Origin: Bacteroidota bacterium
Lineage (GTDB): Bacteria > Bacteroidota > Bacteroidia > Bacteroidales > B39-G9
NCBI GenBank assembly: GCA_015222055.1
Contig: JADFUR010000116.1
Location: forward strand, 93,658 to 157,657
Length of the DNA stretch: 64,000 nt
Direction: 5' to 3'
A program made the translations under genes and the position numbers. This document shows, in pieces, positions 49,175 to 59,898 of the stretch (positions are counted from its first letter, which is position 1; each line of letters starts with the position of its first letter). The notes under the pieces were generated by a model. That model ran no database searches. It saw nothing but the letters and a program-made list of their open reading frames with translations, and was not told the DNA's origin.

Positions 49175-49990
49175 TTATTTTTTGAGGAAACTATCGTAAA
49201 AGTCCGAATAAGAATCAACAAGTTCTTCTTGTGATTTATGTTCTAAAATTGGTTTTTTTGAATCTACAATATATTTCATTATTTTAGGATTTATTTTTTC
49301 GTTACCAATAATTATACCATCAGACATTTGTATAGCTAATTTTGTAATATTTTCATAATTAGCCGTTTTTAAAGTTAAAATATCTTTGTCTGTAATTCCT
49401 TCTACTTTAATTTTTTTCTTGAAAGAACTATTAAATTTATTGTCAAAATCGTCATTATAAACAGAATAAATTACTTTAGAATTAGCAAATAAAGGATCTT
49501 CTTTAAAAGCTTTCTTGATATACAAAGGAACTAAACTTGTAAACCAGCCATGACAATGAATAATATCGGGCTCCCATCGTAATTTTTTTACTGTTTCAAT
49601 AACGCCACGAGCAAAAAATATTGCTCTCTCATCATTATCATCGTAAAATTTTCCATTTTCATCAGACAATACAAATTTTCTGTGAAAATAGTCTTCGTTA
49701 TCAATAAAATACACTTGCATTCTTGCCGCTTGAATTGATGCAACTTTAATTATTAATGGGTGATCTGTGTCATCAATAATTAAATTCATACCTGATAAAC
49801 GAATTACTTCATGAAGTTGGTTTCTCCTTTCATTGATACACCCATACCTTGGCATAAAGGTTCTTATTTCTTTACCTTTCTCTTGAATTCCTTGTGGTAA
49901 ATTTCTGCTAATTAAGGACATTTCATTTTCTGGCAAATAAGGTGTAATCTCTTGAGATACAAATAGTACTTTAGTTTTTTCCATTTTCAA
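49175..49990 (-). CDS. glycogen/starch synthase, short Bacteroidota form
   Basis: KVLFVSQEITPY start and HCHGW segment of the GT5 N-terminal domain. A length of ~270 aa is typical for the Bacteroidota short form located divergently from panC. Confidence 0.8.
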   Translation of the reverse strand: MKMEKTKVLFVSQEITPYLPENEMSLISRNLPQGIQEKGKEIRTFMPRYGCINERRNQLHEVIRLSGMNLIIDDTDHPLIIKVASIQAARMQVYFIDNEDYFHRKFVLSDENGKFYDDNDERAIFFARGVIETVKKLRWEPDIIHCHGWFTSLVPLYIKKAFKEDPLFANSKVIYSVYNDDFDNKFNSSFKKKIKVEGITDKDILTLKTANYENITKLAIQMSDGIIIGNEKINPKIMKYIVDSKKPILEHKSQEELVDSYSDFYDSFLKK

Positions 49991-50154
49991 AAATTTTTAC
50001 AAAATTAGTAAAAATATTCCATCTTCTCAATAGTTTGCATTAATAGTATGAAAAAAACGATTTGTTTTAATTTTTAGTATAATTTTAAATTTATGTTTTT
50101 TTCTACAATAATATTTTATTTATTTGTAACGTATTTGGTAATTCATAATAATAA

Positions 50155-51000
50155 ATGAAAGTAGTTGATTATAAGGCTGAACTACAAAACGAATTGCAAG
50201 ATTTAGCCCAAAAAAATAAAAAAATTGGTTTTGTTCCTACAATGGGAGCTTTGCATAAAGGTCATATTTCCTTAATTAAGAAGAGTGTTAGTGAAAATGA
50301 TATTACTGTTGTAAGTGTTTTTGTTAACCCAAATCAATTTAATGATAAAAATGATTTGAAAAATTATCCTCGATTTATTGATAAGGATGTTGAATTAATA
50401 AAAAATGCGGGTTGCGATTTTGTTTTTACTCCATCTGTAAAAGAAATTTATCCAAAAGAAGATAACAGAATTTTTGATTTTGGTGATTTGAACAAAGTAA
50501 TGGAGGGTAAACAAAGGAATGGTCATTTTAATGGAGTCGCCCAAGTTGTAAGCAAATTATTTAATATTGTTAAACCTGACGTTGCATATTTTGGAAGAAA
50601 AGATTTTCAACAATATGTGATAATAAAAAAAATGGTTAAAATGTTAAATATGTCAATAGAAATTGTTGACTGTCCCATCGTTCGTGAAACAGACGGATTG
50701 GCAATGAGTTCTAGAAATTTGCACTTAACAGATATTCAAAGAAATAATTCTTCTTTAATCTCAAAAACTTTATTTAAGGCACGAAACCTTACTAATAAGT
50801 TGAGCGTAAAAGAATTAAAAGATTGGGTTGTTGATGCAATTAATGAGAATCCTTTTCTTGATGTAGAATATTTTGATATTGTTGATGACCTTGAGTTAAA
50901 ATCAATAAGCAATTGGCAAGAAAATAATAATAAAGTAGGTTGCATTGCTGTTAAAGTAGGGAAAATTCGCCTTATAGATAATGTCAATTTTAATTTGTAA
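50155..51000 (+). CDS. panC: pantoate--beta-alanine ligase
   Basis: VPTMGALHKGHISLI (HxGH), GRKDFQQ, MSSRN motifs. 281 aa. Confidence 0.96.
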   Translation: MKVVDYKAELQNELQDLAQKNKKIGFVPTMGALHKGHISLIKKSVSENDITVVSVFVNPNQFNDKNDLKNYPRFIDKDVELIKNAGCDFVFTPSVKEIYPKEDNRIFDFGDLNKVMEGKQRNGHFNGVAQVVSKLFNIVKPDVAYFGRKDFQQYVIIKKMVKMLNMSIEIVDCPIVRETDGLAMSSRNLHLTDIQRNNSSLISKTLFKARNLTNKLSVKELKDWVVDAINENPFLDVEYFDIVDDLELKSISNWQENNNKVGCIAVKVGKIRLIDNVNFNL

Positions 51001-51024
51001 TTTTGTAGTATAAAAAGTTTTAAT

Positions 51025-51378
51025 ATGAATATTGAAGTAGTAAAATCAAAAATTCATAAAGCAACAGTTACCGAGGCAAATCTTCAGTATGTAGGTAGTA
51101 TCACTATTGATGAAGACTTGATGGATGCTGCAAATATTATTGAAAATGAAAAGGTTCAGGTTGTTAATGTAAATAATGGAGAGAGACTTGAAACCTATGT
51201 TATTAAGGGGAAAAGAGGTTCTGGAACAATTTGTTTAAATGGTCCTGCTGCTAGAAAAGCCGAGGTTGGTGATGTTGTTATTATTATTTCATATGCAAGT
51301 ATGGATTTTGATGAAGCAAAAAAGTTTAAGCCTCAATTTGTTTTTCCCGATGCTCGTACTAATCATTTAATTGATTGA
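51025..51378 (+). CDS. panD: aspartate 1-decarboxylase
   Basis: [21 protein letters not shown], including the Gly-Ser self-cleavage site. 117 aa. Confidence 0.96.
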   Translation: MNIEVVKSKIHKATVTEANLQYVGSITIDEDLMDAANIIENEKVQVVNVNNGERLETYVIKGKRGSGTICLNGPAARKAEVGDVVIIISYASMDFDEAKKFKPQFVFPDARTNHLID

Positions 51379-52375
51379 TATTTTGAAAAAAAAATTAAAA
51401 ACAGCTTTAAAATTCCTTGCTTTTTTTAGTGCAGGGTTTTTTCTTTTTTGGTTAGTTTATAAAGACCAAGATGCAGACGAGTTATGGAGTGCACTAAAAA
51501 AGGTTAATTATTTTTGGATTTTGATTTCGATTATTCTGGGCGTGTTTAGTCATTTTGTTAGGGCATTGCGTTGGAATATGCTCGCAAAATCAATAGATTA
51601 TAATCCTAAAACAATCAACTCCTTTTTTTATGTTATGATTGCTTATCTTGCAAATCTTGCATTGCCAAGAATGGGAGAGGTCACTCGTAGTGTGATTATT
51701 AATAGATACGAAAAAATGCCAATAACAAAAGCTTTTGGAACAATTGTGCTAGAACGTATTATTGATGTTTTTATGCTTTTATTATTTACCCTTGTTGTTT
51801 TGTTTACTCAAATTCATATCCCTTTAGATTTTATTCATAATCATCCGGAAATAGCTGAAAAATTTAGTGACTTTAATCTCGTAAAGACTTTGGTAATTTT
51901 TGCAATTTTAATATGTGGATTTATTTTAATTTTTACTGTTTTTAATAAAAGAATAAAGAATTCTTTACTTTATAAAAAATTAATTGACTTAATAAAAAAT
52001 TTTTTTCAAGGATTAAAAACAATAAGAGCAGTTAAGAATAAACCGTTATTTGTTTTATACACTTTTATTATTTGGGTTTTTTATTTTTTAATGATGTATG
52101 TGTGCTTTTTTAGTATCCCAGAAATATCACATTTTTCTATTTTGGCAGGATTAACAGCATTTGTCATGGGTAGTTATGCCATGGTTGCTCCGGTACAAGG
52201 GGGAATTGGTGCATGGCATTTTATGGTTATTGCTGCATTAATGAGTTATGGAGTTGATGGGAATACCGCAAAAGTTTTTGCTTTAGTTTGTCATGGCTCA
52301 ATGACTGCAATGCTTATAGTTGTAGGTTTTATTTCATTGATAGCTCTTCCTCTTGTAAATAAGAATAATAAATAA
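51371..52375 (+). CDS. flippase-like / lysylphosphatidylglycerol synthase TM-region family membrane protein (UPF0104)
   Basis: Polytopic ~330-aa membrane protein with a [10 protein letters not shown] segment. Conserved position after panD. There is no ATG near the 5' end, so the start is TTG at 51371 or 51383. Confidence 0.65.
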   Translation: MIDILKKKLKTALKFLAFFSAGFFLFWLVYKDQDADELWSALKKVNYFWILISIILGVFSHFVRALRWNMLAKSIDYNPKTINSFFYVMIAYLANLALPRMGEVTRSVIINRYEKMPITKAFGTIVLERIIDVFMLLLFTLVVLFTQIHIPLDFIHNHPEIAEKFSDFNLVKTLVIFAILICGFILIFTVFNKRIKNSLLYKKLIDLIKNFFQGLKTIRAVKNKPLFVLYTFIIWVFYFLMMYVCFFSIPEISHFSILAGLTAFVMGSYAMVAPVQGGIGAWHFMVIAALMSYGVDGNTAKVFALVCHGSMTAMLIVVGFISLIALPLVNKNNK

Positions 52376-52384
52376 ATTTGTCCT

Positions 52385-52876
52385 ATGGATAAGCTTGAAC
52401 TTATTAAATCAAAAATAATTGATAAAGTCAATCTAAAAACCATGCTTCCATTATGGAAATTTAAAAATGATAAGATTGCTTTTACAAATGGGTGTTTTGA
52501 TATTATTCATCGTGGTCATATAGAATATCTTGCAAAAGCGGCAAGTTGTGGTGATAAATTAATTATTGGTTTAAATACTGACGAATCTGTACGAAGATTA
52601 AAGGGAGAAACAAGACCGTTGCAAGATGAATATTCGAGGGCACTGGTGTTGGCATCATTATCGTTTGTGGATAATGTAATTTTGTTTAACGAAGATACTC
52701 CTTATGAGCTAATAAAATTTATTCAGCCCGATATTTTAATAAAAGGAAGTGATTATAAACCGGAAGATATTGTTGGTTATGACATAGTTAAGGATAAACA
52801 CGGGAAAGTAATAACAATAGATTTTATTGATGGATATTCAACAACTAATATTATTAAGAAAATTATTAATAAATAA
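52385..52876 (+). CDS. rfaE2: D-glycero-beta-D-manno-heptose 1-phosphate adenylyltransferase
   Basis: Cytidylyltransferase fold FTNGCFDIIHRGHIEYL, single-domain RfaE domain II size (163 aa), GYST near the C-terminus. Confidence 0.85.
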   Translation: MDKLELIKSKIIDKVNLKTMLPLWKFKNDKIAFTNGCFDIIHRGHIEYLAKAASCGDKLIIGLNTDESVRRLKGETRPLQDEYSRALVLASLSFVDNVILFNEDTPYELIKFIQPDILIKGSDYKPEDIVGYDIVKDKHGKVITIDFIDGYSTTNIIKKIINK

Positions 52877-52976
52877 TATTCGAATTTTAGTATTTCCTTT
52901 AATTTTGTATATTTACAAATTAATTTTTTTTATTAGAAAATTAAAAAGCATAGTTTAAATATATAAATATATTGTG

Positions 52977-53381
52977 ATGAAAAAAACATTAAATATCGTT
53001 ATAGCTTTTCTGATTTCTTTTTTTGTAATTAGTTTTTTTGGAAGTTGTGAAAAAGCAAAAGAGGATAAAATTGTAGGAGATTGGAGACTTATTTCAGAGA
53101 AAGAACCTGTTCCTGAAGAACTTGTTACACACTTTGTGTTTTTTGATGATAATACAGTTAAACTAGTATCTGACGTTACCCTTATTGCTGATTATTCTGT
53201 ATCATCAGAAAATTTGCATTACTATTTAAAGATAATTGGTTTTGAGGTTTCTTTTATTAGTTTGGGAGGGAAATATCTCATCAATGAACTATCTAAAGAT
53301 GTTTTGAAAATAACCCGTGTTGAATTATCTAATGGCGAAAAAAATGGTGCTTTTAAAAGGTTAGAATTTATTAAAGAATAG
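52977..53381 (+). CDS. small lipoprotein, lipocalin-like
   Basis: Signal with lipobox (FFGSC). IVGDWRLIS beta-strand start is typical of lipocalin-like domains. The stop codon abuts the radA start. Confidence 0.5.
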   Translation: MKKTLNIVIAFLISFFVISFFGSCEKAKEDKIVGDWRLISEKEPVPEELVTHFVFFDDNTVKLVSDVTLIADYSVSSENLHYYLKIIGFEVSFISLGGKYLINELSKDVLKITRVELSNGEKNGAFKRLEFIKE

Positions 53382-54737
53382 ATGGCTAAAACAAAAACTG
53401 TTTATGTTTGTCAAAATTGTGGAGCACAATCTCCCAAATGGATTGGCAAATGCCCTTCCTGCCAAGAATGGAATACTTATTCTGAAGAAATAATTACGAA
53501 AAAAAATAATACTACAAGTTTATCCGTTTCTACTTCTGCACCGCAGTTAATTAATGATATAGAAATATCTAACGACAAACGTATTGACACAAAAAATACA
53601 GAATTTAACCGAGTTTTAGGAGGAGGTTTAGTTCCAGGTTCATTAATCCTTATTGGAGGAGAACCAGGTATAGGCAAATCTACATTAATGCTTCAAGTAT
53701 CTCTCAATATTAGTAATCATAAAATTCTTTATGTGTCAGGTGAAGAGAGCCAAAGTCAAATCCGTTTAAGGGCAGATAGAATCGGAATTAATGGATCAAG
53801 TTGTTTCATATTATGTGAAACGTCTGTTGAAAATGTAATTCTAAATGTAGAAAAATTAGATCCTGACATTATTATTATTGATTCAATTCAAACTTTACAA
53901 ACCGAAAGAATTGAAACATCTCCTGGGAGTATTTCTCAAATACGTGAGTGTGCAAATATTATTCAGAGATTTGCAAAACAAACTTCAAAAAGTTTTATTT
54001 TAGTTGGACATATTAACAAAGAAGGCTCTATTGCCGGACCTAAAATTCTTGAGCATACTGTTGATACCGTTTTGCAATTTGAAGGTGACAGTAATTATAT
54101 GTATAGAATTTTACGTGCAACAAAAAATAGATTTGGCTCAACTTCAGAGCTTGGCATTTACGAAATGCGACAATCTGGTTTGCGACAAGTTAGTAATCCT
54201 TCTGAGTTGTTAATGTCACAAAACAATTTAAATTTAAGCGGTTCTGCAGTTTCATCAACAGTTGAGGGCGTTCGTCCTTTTTTAATTGAAATACAGGCAC
54301 TTGTAAGTTCTTCTGTTTATTCTTCACCACAACGAACATCAACAGGTTTTGATTTGAGGCGTTTAAGCATGCTTCTCGCTGTGCTTGAAAAAAGAGCAGG
54401 GTTTCGTTTGGCTACAAAAGATGTGTTTCTTAATATCGCAGGTGGCATTAAGGTTGACGACCCAGCAATAGACCTTGCCGTTGTTTGTGCTATACTATCT
54501 TCTGACCAAGATGTATCAATAAATAAAAATATTTGTTTCGCTGGAGAGATAGGTTTATCGGGCGAAATTAGGCCTGTAAATAGAATCGAACAAAGAATTC
54601 ATGAAGCAGAAAAATTAGGTTTTTCTCAAATTTTTATTCCTAAGTTCAGTAAGAAATCTGTCGATTTTTCAAAATATGATATAAAAATTTTTGAAATGAG
54701 TAAGGTCGAAGAGGTTTTTAAAATTCTATTTTCTTAG
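53382..54737 (+). CDS. radA: DNA repair protein RadA
   Basis: N-terminal zinc finger CQNCGAQSPKWIGKCPSC, Walker A GGEPGIGKST, KNRFG motif, C-terminal Lon-like domain. Confidence 0.96.
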   Translation: MAKTKTVYVCQNCGAQSPKWIGKCPSCQEWNTYSEEIITKKNNTTSLSVSTSAPQLINDIEISNDKRIDTKNTEFNRVLGGGLVPGSLILIGGEPGIGKSTLMLQVSLNISNHKILYVSGEESQSQIRLRADRIGINGSSCFILCETSVENVILNVEKLDPDIIIIDSIQTLQTERIETSPGSISQIRECANIIQRFAKQTSKSFILVGHINKEGSIAGPKILEHTVDTVLQFEGDSNYMYRILRATKNRFGSTSELGIYEMRQSGLRQVSNPSELLMSQNNLNLSGSAVSSTVEGVRPFLIEIQALVSSSVYSSPQRTSTGFDLRRLSMLLAVLEKRAGFRLATKDVFLNIAGGIKVDDPAIDLAVVCAILSSDQDVSINKNICFAGEIGLSGEIRPVNRIEQRIHEAEKLGFSQIFIPKFSKKSVDFSKYDIKIFEMSKVEEVFKILFS

Positions 54738-54738
54738 C

Positions 54739-55548
54739 TTATACACAGGGAACATAAAAATTTTCATTCCTATTTAAAAACATTATTGGTTTTTTTTCTC
54801 TATTTAATAATAATTTTTTTTCGGGTCTTGAAAAAATGTAATTTTTATTTCTGATAATTATTGTTAATCCCAGTTCTACCTCCTTTGAATAATTAAGAGC
54901 ATATTCGTCTATACTTTTTTTCTCCCTGTTAACTTTGTGAATTTTATATTTTATTTCGGGATAATTGGAAAGTGTTTTTTTTGTAAACATCAAATTATCT
55001 TCTGATTTTTGAAGCAAATATTCATCTTTTTCTTCAGCAAATAAGAAATGAATTGTTGAACCAATATGCTTGCCAAAATAAATTGCCCAAAGTAATTTTT
55101 CTTTTGCTTCTTTTGAAAAATCCATTGGAACAATTATGTTTTTATACAAATTTTTAGAAGGGTTTTTTTCTTGAACTGTAATTATTGGTGTTTTTGAGTT
55201 TTTTAACAACTTAAGCAAGCCCTTAACATTATTATTTATACCAATAATTACTAACAATGGATCAATGTTTTTTTCTAGCCCTGATGCAATAGCATTTATT
55301 TTATTCAATCTGTTAGGTTTGCCATAAATTACTTCATAAGCAACTTCAATGTTGTATTCATTATGAATGTTTTGAGATATAATTTTTAATTTGTCTGTAT
55401 TCTCTTCAATATTTTTATTACAGATGTTTAAAAGATATAAATTTTTATTTAAGATTATTGATAATTTTATTCCTTGTAATACAGCAATAGTTCCAGAGGT
55501 AGAAAAATCAGCATTTATTAAAATAGATTGATTATTAATGGTTCCCAT
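54739..55548 (-). CDS. hypothetical protein, possibly tandem universal-stress-protein-like domains
   Basis: Two ~130-aa halves each begin with a hydrophobic strand followed by D-F-S (ILINADFS, IIVPMDFSKEAKEKLLWAI), as in Usp-type Rossmann-like folds. The similarity is weak and judged by eye. Confidence 0.35.
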   Translation of the reverse strand: MGTINNQSILINADFSTSGTIAVLQGIKLSIILNKNLYLLNICNKNIEENTDKLKIISQNIHNEYNIEVAYEVIYGKPNRLNKINAIASGLEKNIDPLLVIIGINNNVKGLLKLLKNSKTPIITVQEKNPSKNLYKNIIVPMDFSKEAKEKLLWAIYFGKHIGSTIHFLFAEEKDEYLLQKSEDNLMFTKKTLSNYPEIKYKIHKVNREKKSIDEYALNYSKEVELGLTIIIRNKNYIFSRPEKKLLLNREKKPIMFLNRNENFYVPCV

Positions 55549-55724
55549 TTATGTTCGATTTAAACATTACGTAAATATACAATCTTTGTGCGTATTTGGA
55601 ATGTTTTTTCATTTCTTAATTTATGGGACTTAAAGTAGATAGTTAATATTAAAGAAGGAAATTTGTGAGTAATTAAAAATTTATAGTATCTTTTAAAAAT
55701 TGTTTTTTTCATTATCATTATTTT

Positions 55725-57410
55725 ATGAGTAGTAATACAATATTAGAAGTTAGGGATTTAACTGTTGCTTTTTGTGAAAAAAATGAAAAGCGAAAGGTTG
55801 TTGATAGTATTAATTTTTCTATAAATCGAGGAGAGACAATTGGAATAGTTGGAGAATCGGGTTCCGGTAAATCAATAACAGCATTGTCGTTAATGCAATT
55901 ATTGCCTGCAGGGGGATTAATAACAGGGGGAAGTATTGAATTATATGATAATGAACAAATAATTGATTTGGTAAAAAGTAAAGATGCTGAAATTTTTAGA
56001 GGAAGAAAAATTTCAATGATTTTTCAAGAACCAATGACGTCTTTAAACCCAGTAATGACTTGCGGGAAACAAGTCGTTGAAGCAATAAAAATACATAAAA
56101 AAATATCGAAAAAAGATGCTAAAAAAGTTGCTATAGAATTATTTAGAGAAGTTAAATTGTCTCGTCCCGAAATACTTTTTAAATCATACCCTCATCAATT
56201 ATCTGGTGGGCAGAAGCAAAGAATTATGATTGCAATGGCTATGTCAAGCAAGCCGCCCATTTTAATTGCTGATGAGCCGACTACGGCTCTTGATGTTACG
56301 GTACAAAAAACGATTCTTGATTTAATTAAAGATTTGCAAAAAAAATATAATACTGCAGTTGTATTTATATCGCATGATTTGTCGGTTGTGGCTCAAATTG
56401 CTGATAAAATTTTAGTTATGAAAGATGGATGTGTCGTCGAAACAGGAACCCCATCAGAGATTTTAAATAATCCTAAGCATAATTACACAAAAGCATTGTG
56501 GTCGTGCAGACCATCATTAGATGTAAGAGTAAAACCATTACCCACGATTTTTGATTATAATGTAAATAGTAAATTTTCAATAATTACTAATGATCAAAGA
56601 GAGAAATATCACAAACAAATTTATTCAACCGAGCCTATTTTGATGGTAAAAAATGTTTCAACATTTTTTACTGAGAAAAAGAATTTTTTTGGTAATACAG
56701 TGAAATATGTAAAAGCTGTTAATAATGTTAGTTTTAATGTTTTTAAAGGAGAAACTCTTGGATTAGTTGGGGAGTCTGGATGCGGAAAAACCACTCTTGG
56801 TCGTACTATTTTACAATTAATTGATGGTGGTAGTGGCGAAATAATTTATAAAGGACAAAATTTACGGGAATTATCAAAAAATGAATTGAGAAAGTTTCGT
56901 AAAAAGATTCAAATAATTTTTCAAGATCCGTATTCTTCATTAAGCCCTCGAATAACAGTTGGAGAGGCAATTATTGAACCGATGCGTGTTCATGGAATTT
57001 TGCATAATAATAAAGAAAGAAAATTAAGAGCCGTTGAGATGTTAAATAAAGTTAATCTTGACGAAACCGTATTCTATCGATATCCACACGAATTTTCGGG
57101 AGGTCAGCGTCAGCGAATTGGAATTGCAAGAGCTCTAGTGTTAAATCCGGAACTGGTTATTTGTGACGAATCTGTTTCTGCTCTAGATGTTTCAGTACAA
57201 GCACAAGTTTTAAACCTCCTTAATCAGCTAAAAGAAGAATTCCAATTAACATATATATTTATTTCACACGATTTATCTGTTGTTAAGTACATGTCAGATC
57301 GGATGATGGTAATGAATAATGGCAAGATTGAAGAGATTGGTGATGCCGATAGTATTTATACTCATCCAAATTCTGATTATACAAAAAAACTTATTAATTC
57401 AATACTTTAA
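55725..57410 (+). CDS. ABC transporter ATP-binding protein with duplicated ATPase domains (oligopeptide/dipeptide type)
   Basis: Two Walker A motifs (GESGSGKS, GESGCGKT), two signatures (LSGGQKQR, FSGGQRQR), two Walker B motifs (LIADEPT, VICDES). 561 aa. Confidence 0.9.
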   Translation: MSSNTILEVRDLTVAFCEKNEKRKVVDSINFSINRGETIGIVGESGSGKSITALSLMQLLPAGGLITGGSIELYDNEQIIDLVKSKDAEIFRGRKISMIFQEPMTSLNPVMTCGKQVVEAIKIHKKISKKDAKKVAIELFREVKLSRPEILFKSYPHQLSGGQKQRIMIAMAMSSKPPILIADEPTTALDVTVQKTILDLIKDLQKKYNTAVVFISHDLSVVAQIADKILVMKDGCVVETGTPSEILNNPKHNYTKALWSCRPSLDVRVKPLPTIFDYNVNSKFSIITNDQREKYHKQIYSTEPILMVKNVSTFFTEKKNFFGNTVKYVKAVNNVSFNVFKGETLGLVGESGCGKTTLGRTILQLIDGGSGEIIYKGQNLRELSKNELRKFRKKIQIIFQDPYSSLSPRITVGEAIIEPMRVHGILHNNKERKLRAVEMLNKVNLDETVFYRYPHEFSGGQRQRIGIARALVLNPELVICDESVSALDVSVQAQVLNLLNQLKEEFQLTYIFISHDLSVVKYMSDRMMVMNNGKIEEIGDADSIYTHPNSDYTKKLINSIL

Positions 57411-57423
57411 AATCCGAGTTGAA

Positions 57424-59778
57424 TTAATTGAAAAATTCATTATCATTTTTATTTTCATTCTCAATAAAATTATTTTGATTATTTTCATCACAATCCAAGT
57501 CTGTTGAGAATCCAACAGGTTTTTCAAATTTGTCGTCAATGGAAACACCTAAGCTGTCTGCATATATTTTTTGCATATATAAAGCCCATATAGGTAATGC
57601 CATGTTTGCTCCTTGTCCGTAATGAATTCCATCAAAATGTATGCTTCGTTCTTCACCACCAACCCATACACCTGAAACTAAGTTTGGAGTAATTCCCATA
57701 AACCAGCCATCTGATTGATTGTTTGTTGTGCCCGTTTTGGCTGCTATTTCATTCATCAAATTATATTTAAATCTTAGTCTAATACTTGTGCCATGTTGAA
57801 CAACACTTTCCATTAAATTTAACATCAAAAAGGCTGTATTTTTGCTAATAGCTTCAGTTTTATTTGCTTGAAAAGTTTGCAATATATTGCCGTTTTTATC
57901 TTCAATTCTTGAAACAAATATAGGTTCTGTATACACTCCTTTATTGGCAAAAGTCCCATAAGCTCCTATCATTTCGTAAAGAGAAATATCTGCAGTACCT
58001 AAACATATTGAAGGAACGGGAGGAATATAACTTTTAATCCCCATTAATTTAGTAATGTTTATTACTGCTCGGGGTTTAAATTGTTTCATTAACCAAGCCG
58101 AAACATTATTTACCGAATTAGTTAATCCCCATTTTAATGTTACCATTTTACGGTCATATTTTGAGTTGCCCGAATTTCTTGGTGTCCAAGTATCGCCTGA
58201 GGGTAAGACAAAAGTTGTTGGCACATTAGGTACTTCATAACATGGAGAATAACCTTCTTGCATTGCAAGAGTATATAAAAATGGTTTAAAGGTTGACCCA
58301 ACTTGTCGTCTGCTTAATTTTACATGATCAAATTGAAAATGTTTATAATTAATTCCACCAACATATGCTCTAACATAGCCACTACTTGGTTCCATCGACA
58401 TAAATCCTGCTTGTAAATAATGTTTGTAGTAGATAATAGAATCCATAGGAGTCATTGTTGTATCAATTTCACCTTGCCACGAGAAAACTTCCATAGGTGT
58501 GGGTATATCAAAAATAATTTTAATCGAATCTATTGAATATCCGTTATTTTTTAGAATTCTATAACGCTCACTTCTTTTCATTGATAAGAATAAAATGTGC
58601 TCTGTTTCTTCATGTGTTAAATCTTTTGAGAAAGGAGCTGTTTTGTTTTGTTTCATTTCTTTTTCAAATGTAAGTTGAAGGTCTTTACTAAGGTGCTCAT
58701 TTACTGCCTCTTCAGCATATTTTTGCATTTTAGAATTTATTGTAGTGTAGATTTTCAACCCATCTTTATAAAGATTAAAATTTGTACCGTCAGGTTTGAA
58801 GTTTTTGTTACACCAGCCAAATAAAGGATTCGTTTCCCATTCGATAGAATCCTCTGCGAATTTTTTGTAACTCCAATAATTATTCAAGTCTGGTTTTTTC
58901 GAACTTAAAGCCATTCTTAAATATTCTCTAAAATAAGTTGCTAATCCTTGAGTGTGATTTTGGACTTTATAATCTAAATTTAGAGGTGTGCCAGATATTG
59001 AATCGTAAATATTTTGAGAAATAAAATTATATTTTTTCATTTGCTTTAAAACGGTATTTCTTCTTTGCAATGCTCTTTCTGGATGTCTTACTGGACTATA
59101 ATATGAAGGAGCTTTTAATACACCAATCATTAAAGCAGCTTGTTCCATTTCAACATTAGCAGGGGTTTTATTAAAAAAAGTAGAGCATGCAGATTTTATG
59201 CCAAACGATTGACTTCCAAAAGTAACTGTGTTTAAGTACATTGAAAGAATTTCTTCTTTTGTGTAATTTCTTTCAAGTTTGACAGCAGTCACCCATTCTT
59301 TTAATTTTGAAAGTACCAGATGAGAGATTTTTTGCATTTTTGAGTTGTAAGTAGTAGTGTCCCTTGGGAAAAGATTTTTTGATAGCTGTTGACTTATTGT
59401 GCTGCCTCCTCCTTTTAAGTTGCTAGATAAAACACCATAAGCAACCCTAAACATTGCTTTAGCATCAATGCCTGAATGCTGAGTAAACCTGTAATCTTCG
59501 GTAGCAATTAAAGCTTTTACCAAATAAGGAGACAAATCATCAAAATTAACATAGGTCCTGTTTTGATAATAATATTTGCCAAATAATATTTGATCGGAAG
59601 AATAAATTTCAGATGCTAAATTACTTTTTGGGTTTTCTAAATCTTCAAATGAAGGCATAAAACCCATAGCTCCGATTGATATTAAAATAAATATTGTGGC
59701 TGTAAAAATAATTGGGGCAATAACCAATATCCAAAATAATTTTACAATTTTTTTATTTTTTTTATTATGTGTTGTCAT
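57424..59778 (-). CDS. penicillin-binding protein 1A (bifunctional transglycosylase/transpeptidase)
   Basis: N-terminal TM anchor. GT51 motifs EDYRFTQHSGID and GGSTISQQL. Transpeptidase STFK and KTGTTN. 784 aa. Confidence 0.93.
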   Translation of the reverse strand: MTTHNKKNKKIVKLFWILVIAPIIFTATIFILISIGAMGFMPSFEDLENPKSNLASEIYSSDQILFGKYYYQNRTYVNFDDLSPYLVKALIATEDYRFTQHSGIDAKAMFRVAYGVLSSNLKGGGSTISQQLSKNLFPRDTTTYNSKMQKISHLVLSKLKEWVTAVKLERNYTKEEILSMYLNTVTFGSQSFGIKSACSTFFNKTPANVEMEQAALMIGVLKAPSYYSPVRHPERALQRRNTVLKQMKKYNFISQNIYDSISGTPLNLDYKVQNHTQGLATYFREYLRMALSSKKPDLNNYWSYKKFAEDSIEWETNPLFGWCNKNFKPDGTNFNLYKDGLKIYTTINSKMQKYAEEAVNEHLSKDLQLTFEKEMKQNKTAPFSKDLTHEETEHILFLSMKRSERYRILKNNGYSIDSIKIIFDIPTPMEVFSWQGEIDTTMTPMDSIIYYKHYLQAGFMSMEPSSGYVRAYVGGINYKHFQFDHVKLSRRQVGSTFKPFLYTLAMQEGYSPCYEVPNVPTTFVLPSGDTWTPRNSGNSKYDRKMVTLKWGLTNSVNNVSAWLMKQFKPRAVINITKLMGIKSYIPPVPSICLGTADISLYEMIGAYGTFANKGVYTEPIFVSRIEDKNGNILQTFQANKTEAISKNTAFLMLNLMESVVQHGTSIRLRFKYNLMNEIAAKTGTTNNQSDGWFMGITPNLVSGVWVGGEERSIHFDGIHYGQGANMALPIWALYMQKIYADSLGVSIDDKFEKPVGFSTDLDCDENNQNNFIENENKNDNEFFN

Positions 59779-59898
59779 AGTATATTTTATTTGGTGTAAA
59801 ATTAATAAAATTATATTTATTTTACCGAAAATTTTGAACTTAGGAATCTATTTGTTTTACTTTGTAAAATTTTTACGAATAAAATTATAAATAATAAT

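Noticed and set aside
54735-54741. radA and the convergent Usp-like gene end 1 nt apart with no terminator between them.
   Set aside because: Tight convergent packing is common in compact genomes. Nothing in the sequence suggests a special function.
55725-57410. Duplicated ABC ATPase without an adjacent permease or binding protein, considered as a possible unusual or defence-related ATPase.
   Set aside because: Both halves carry ordinary oligopeptide-type importer motifs, including the LSGGQ signature. Stand-alone fused ATPases of this kind are common, and neither the context (PBP1A, radA) nor the sequence suggests a novel system.
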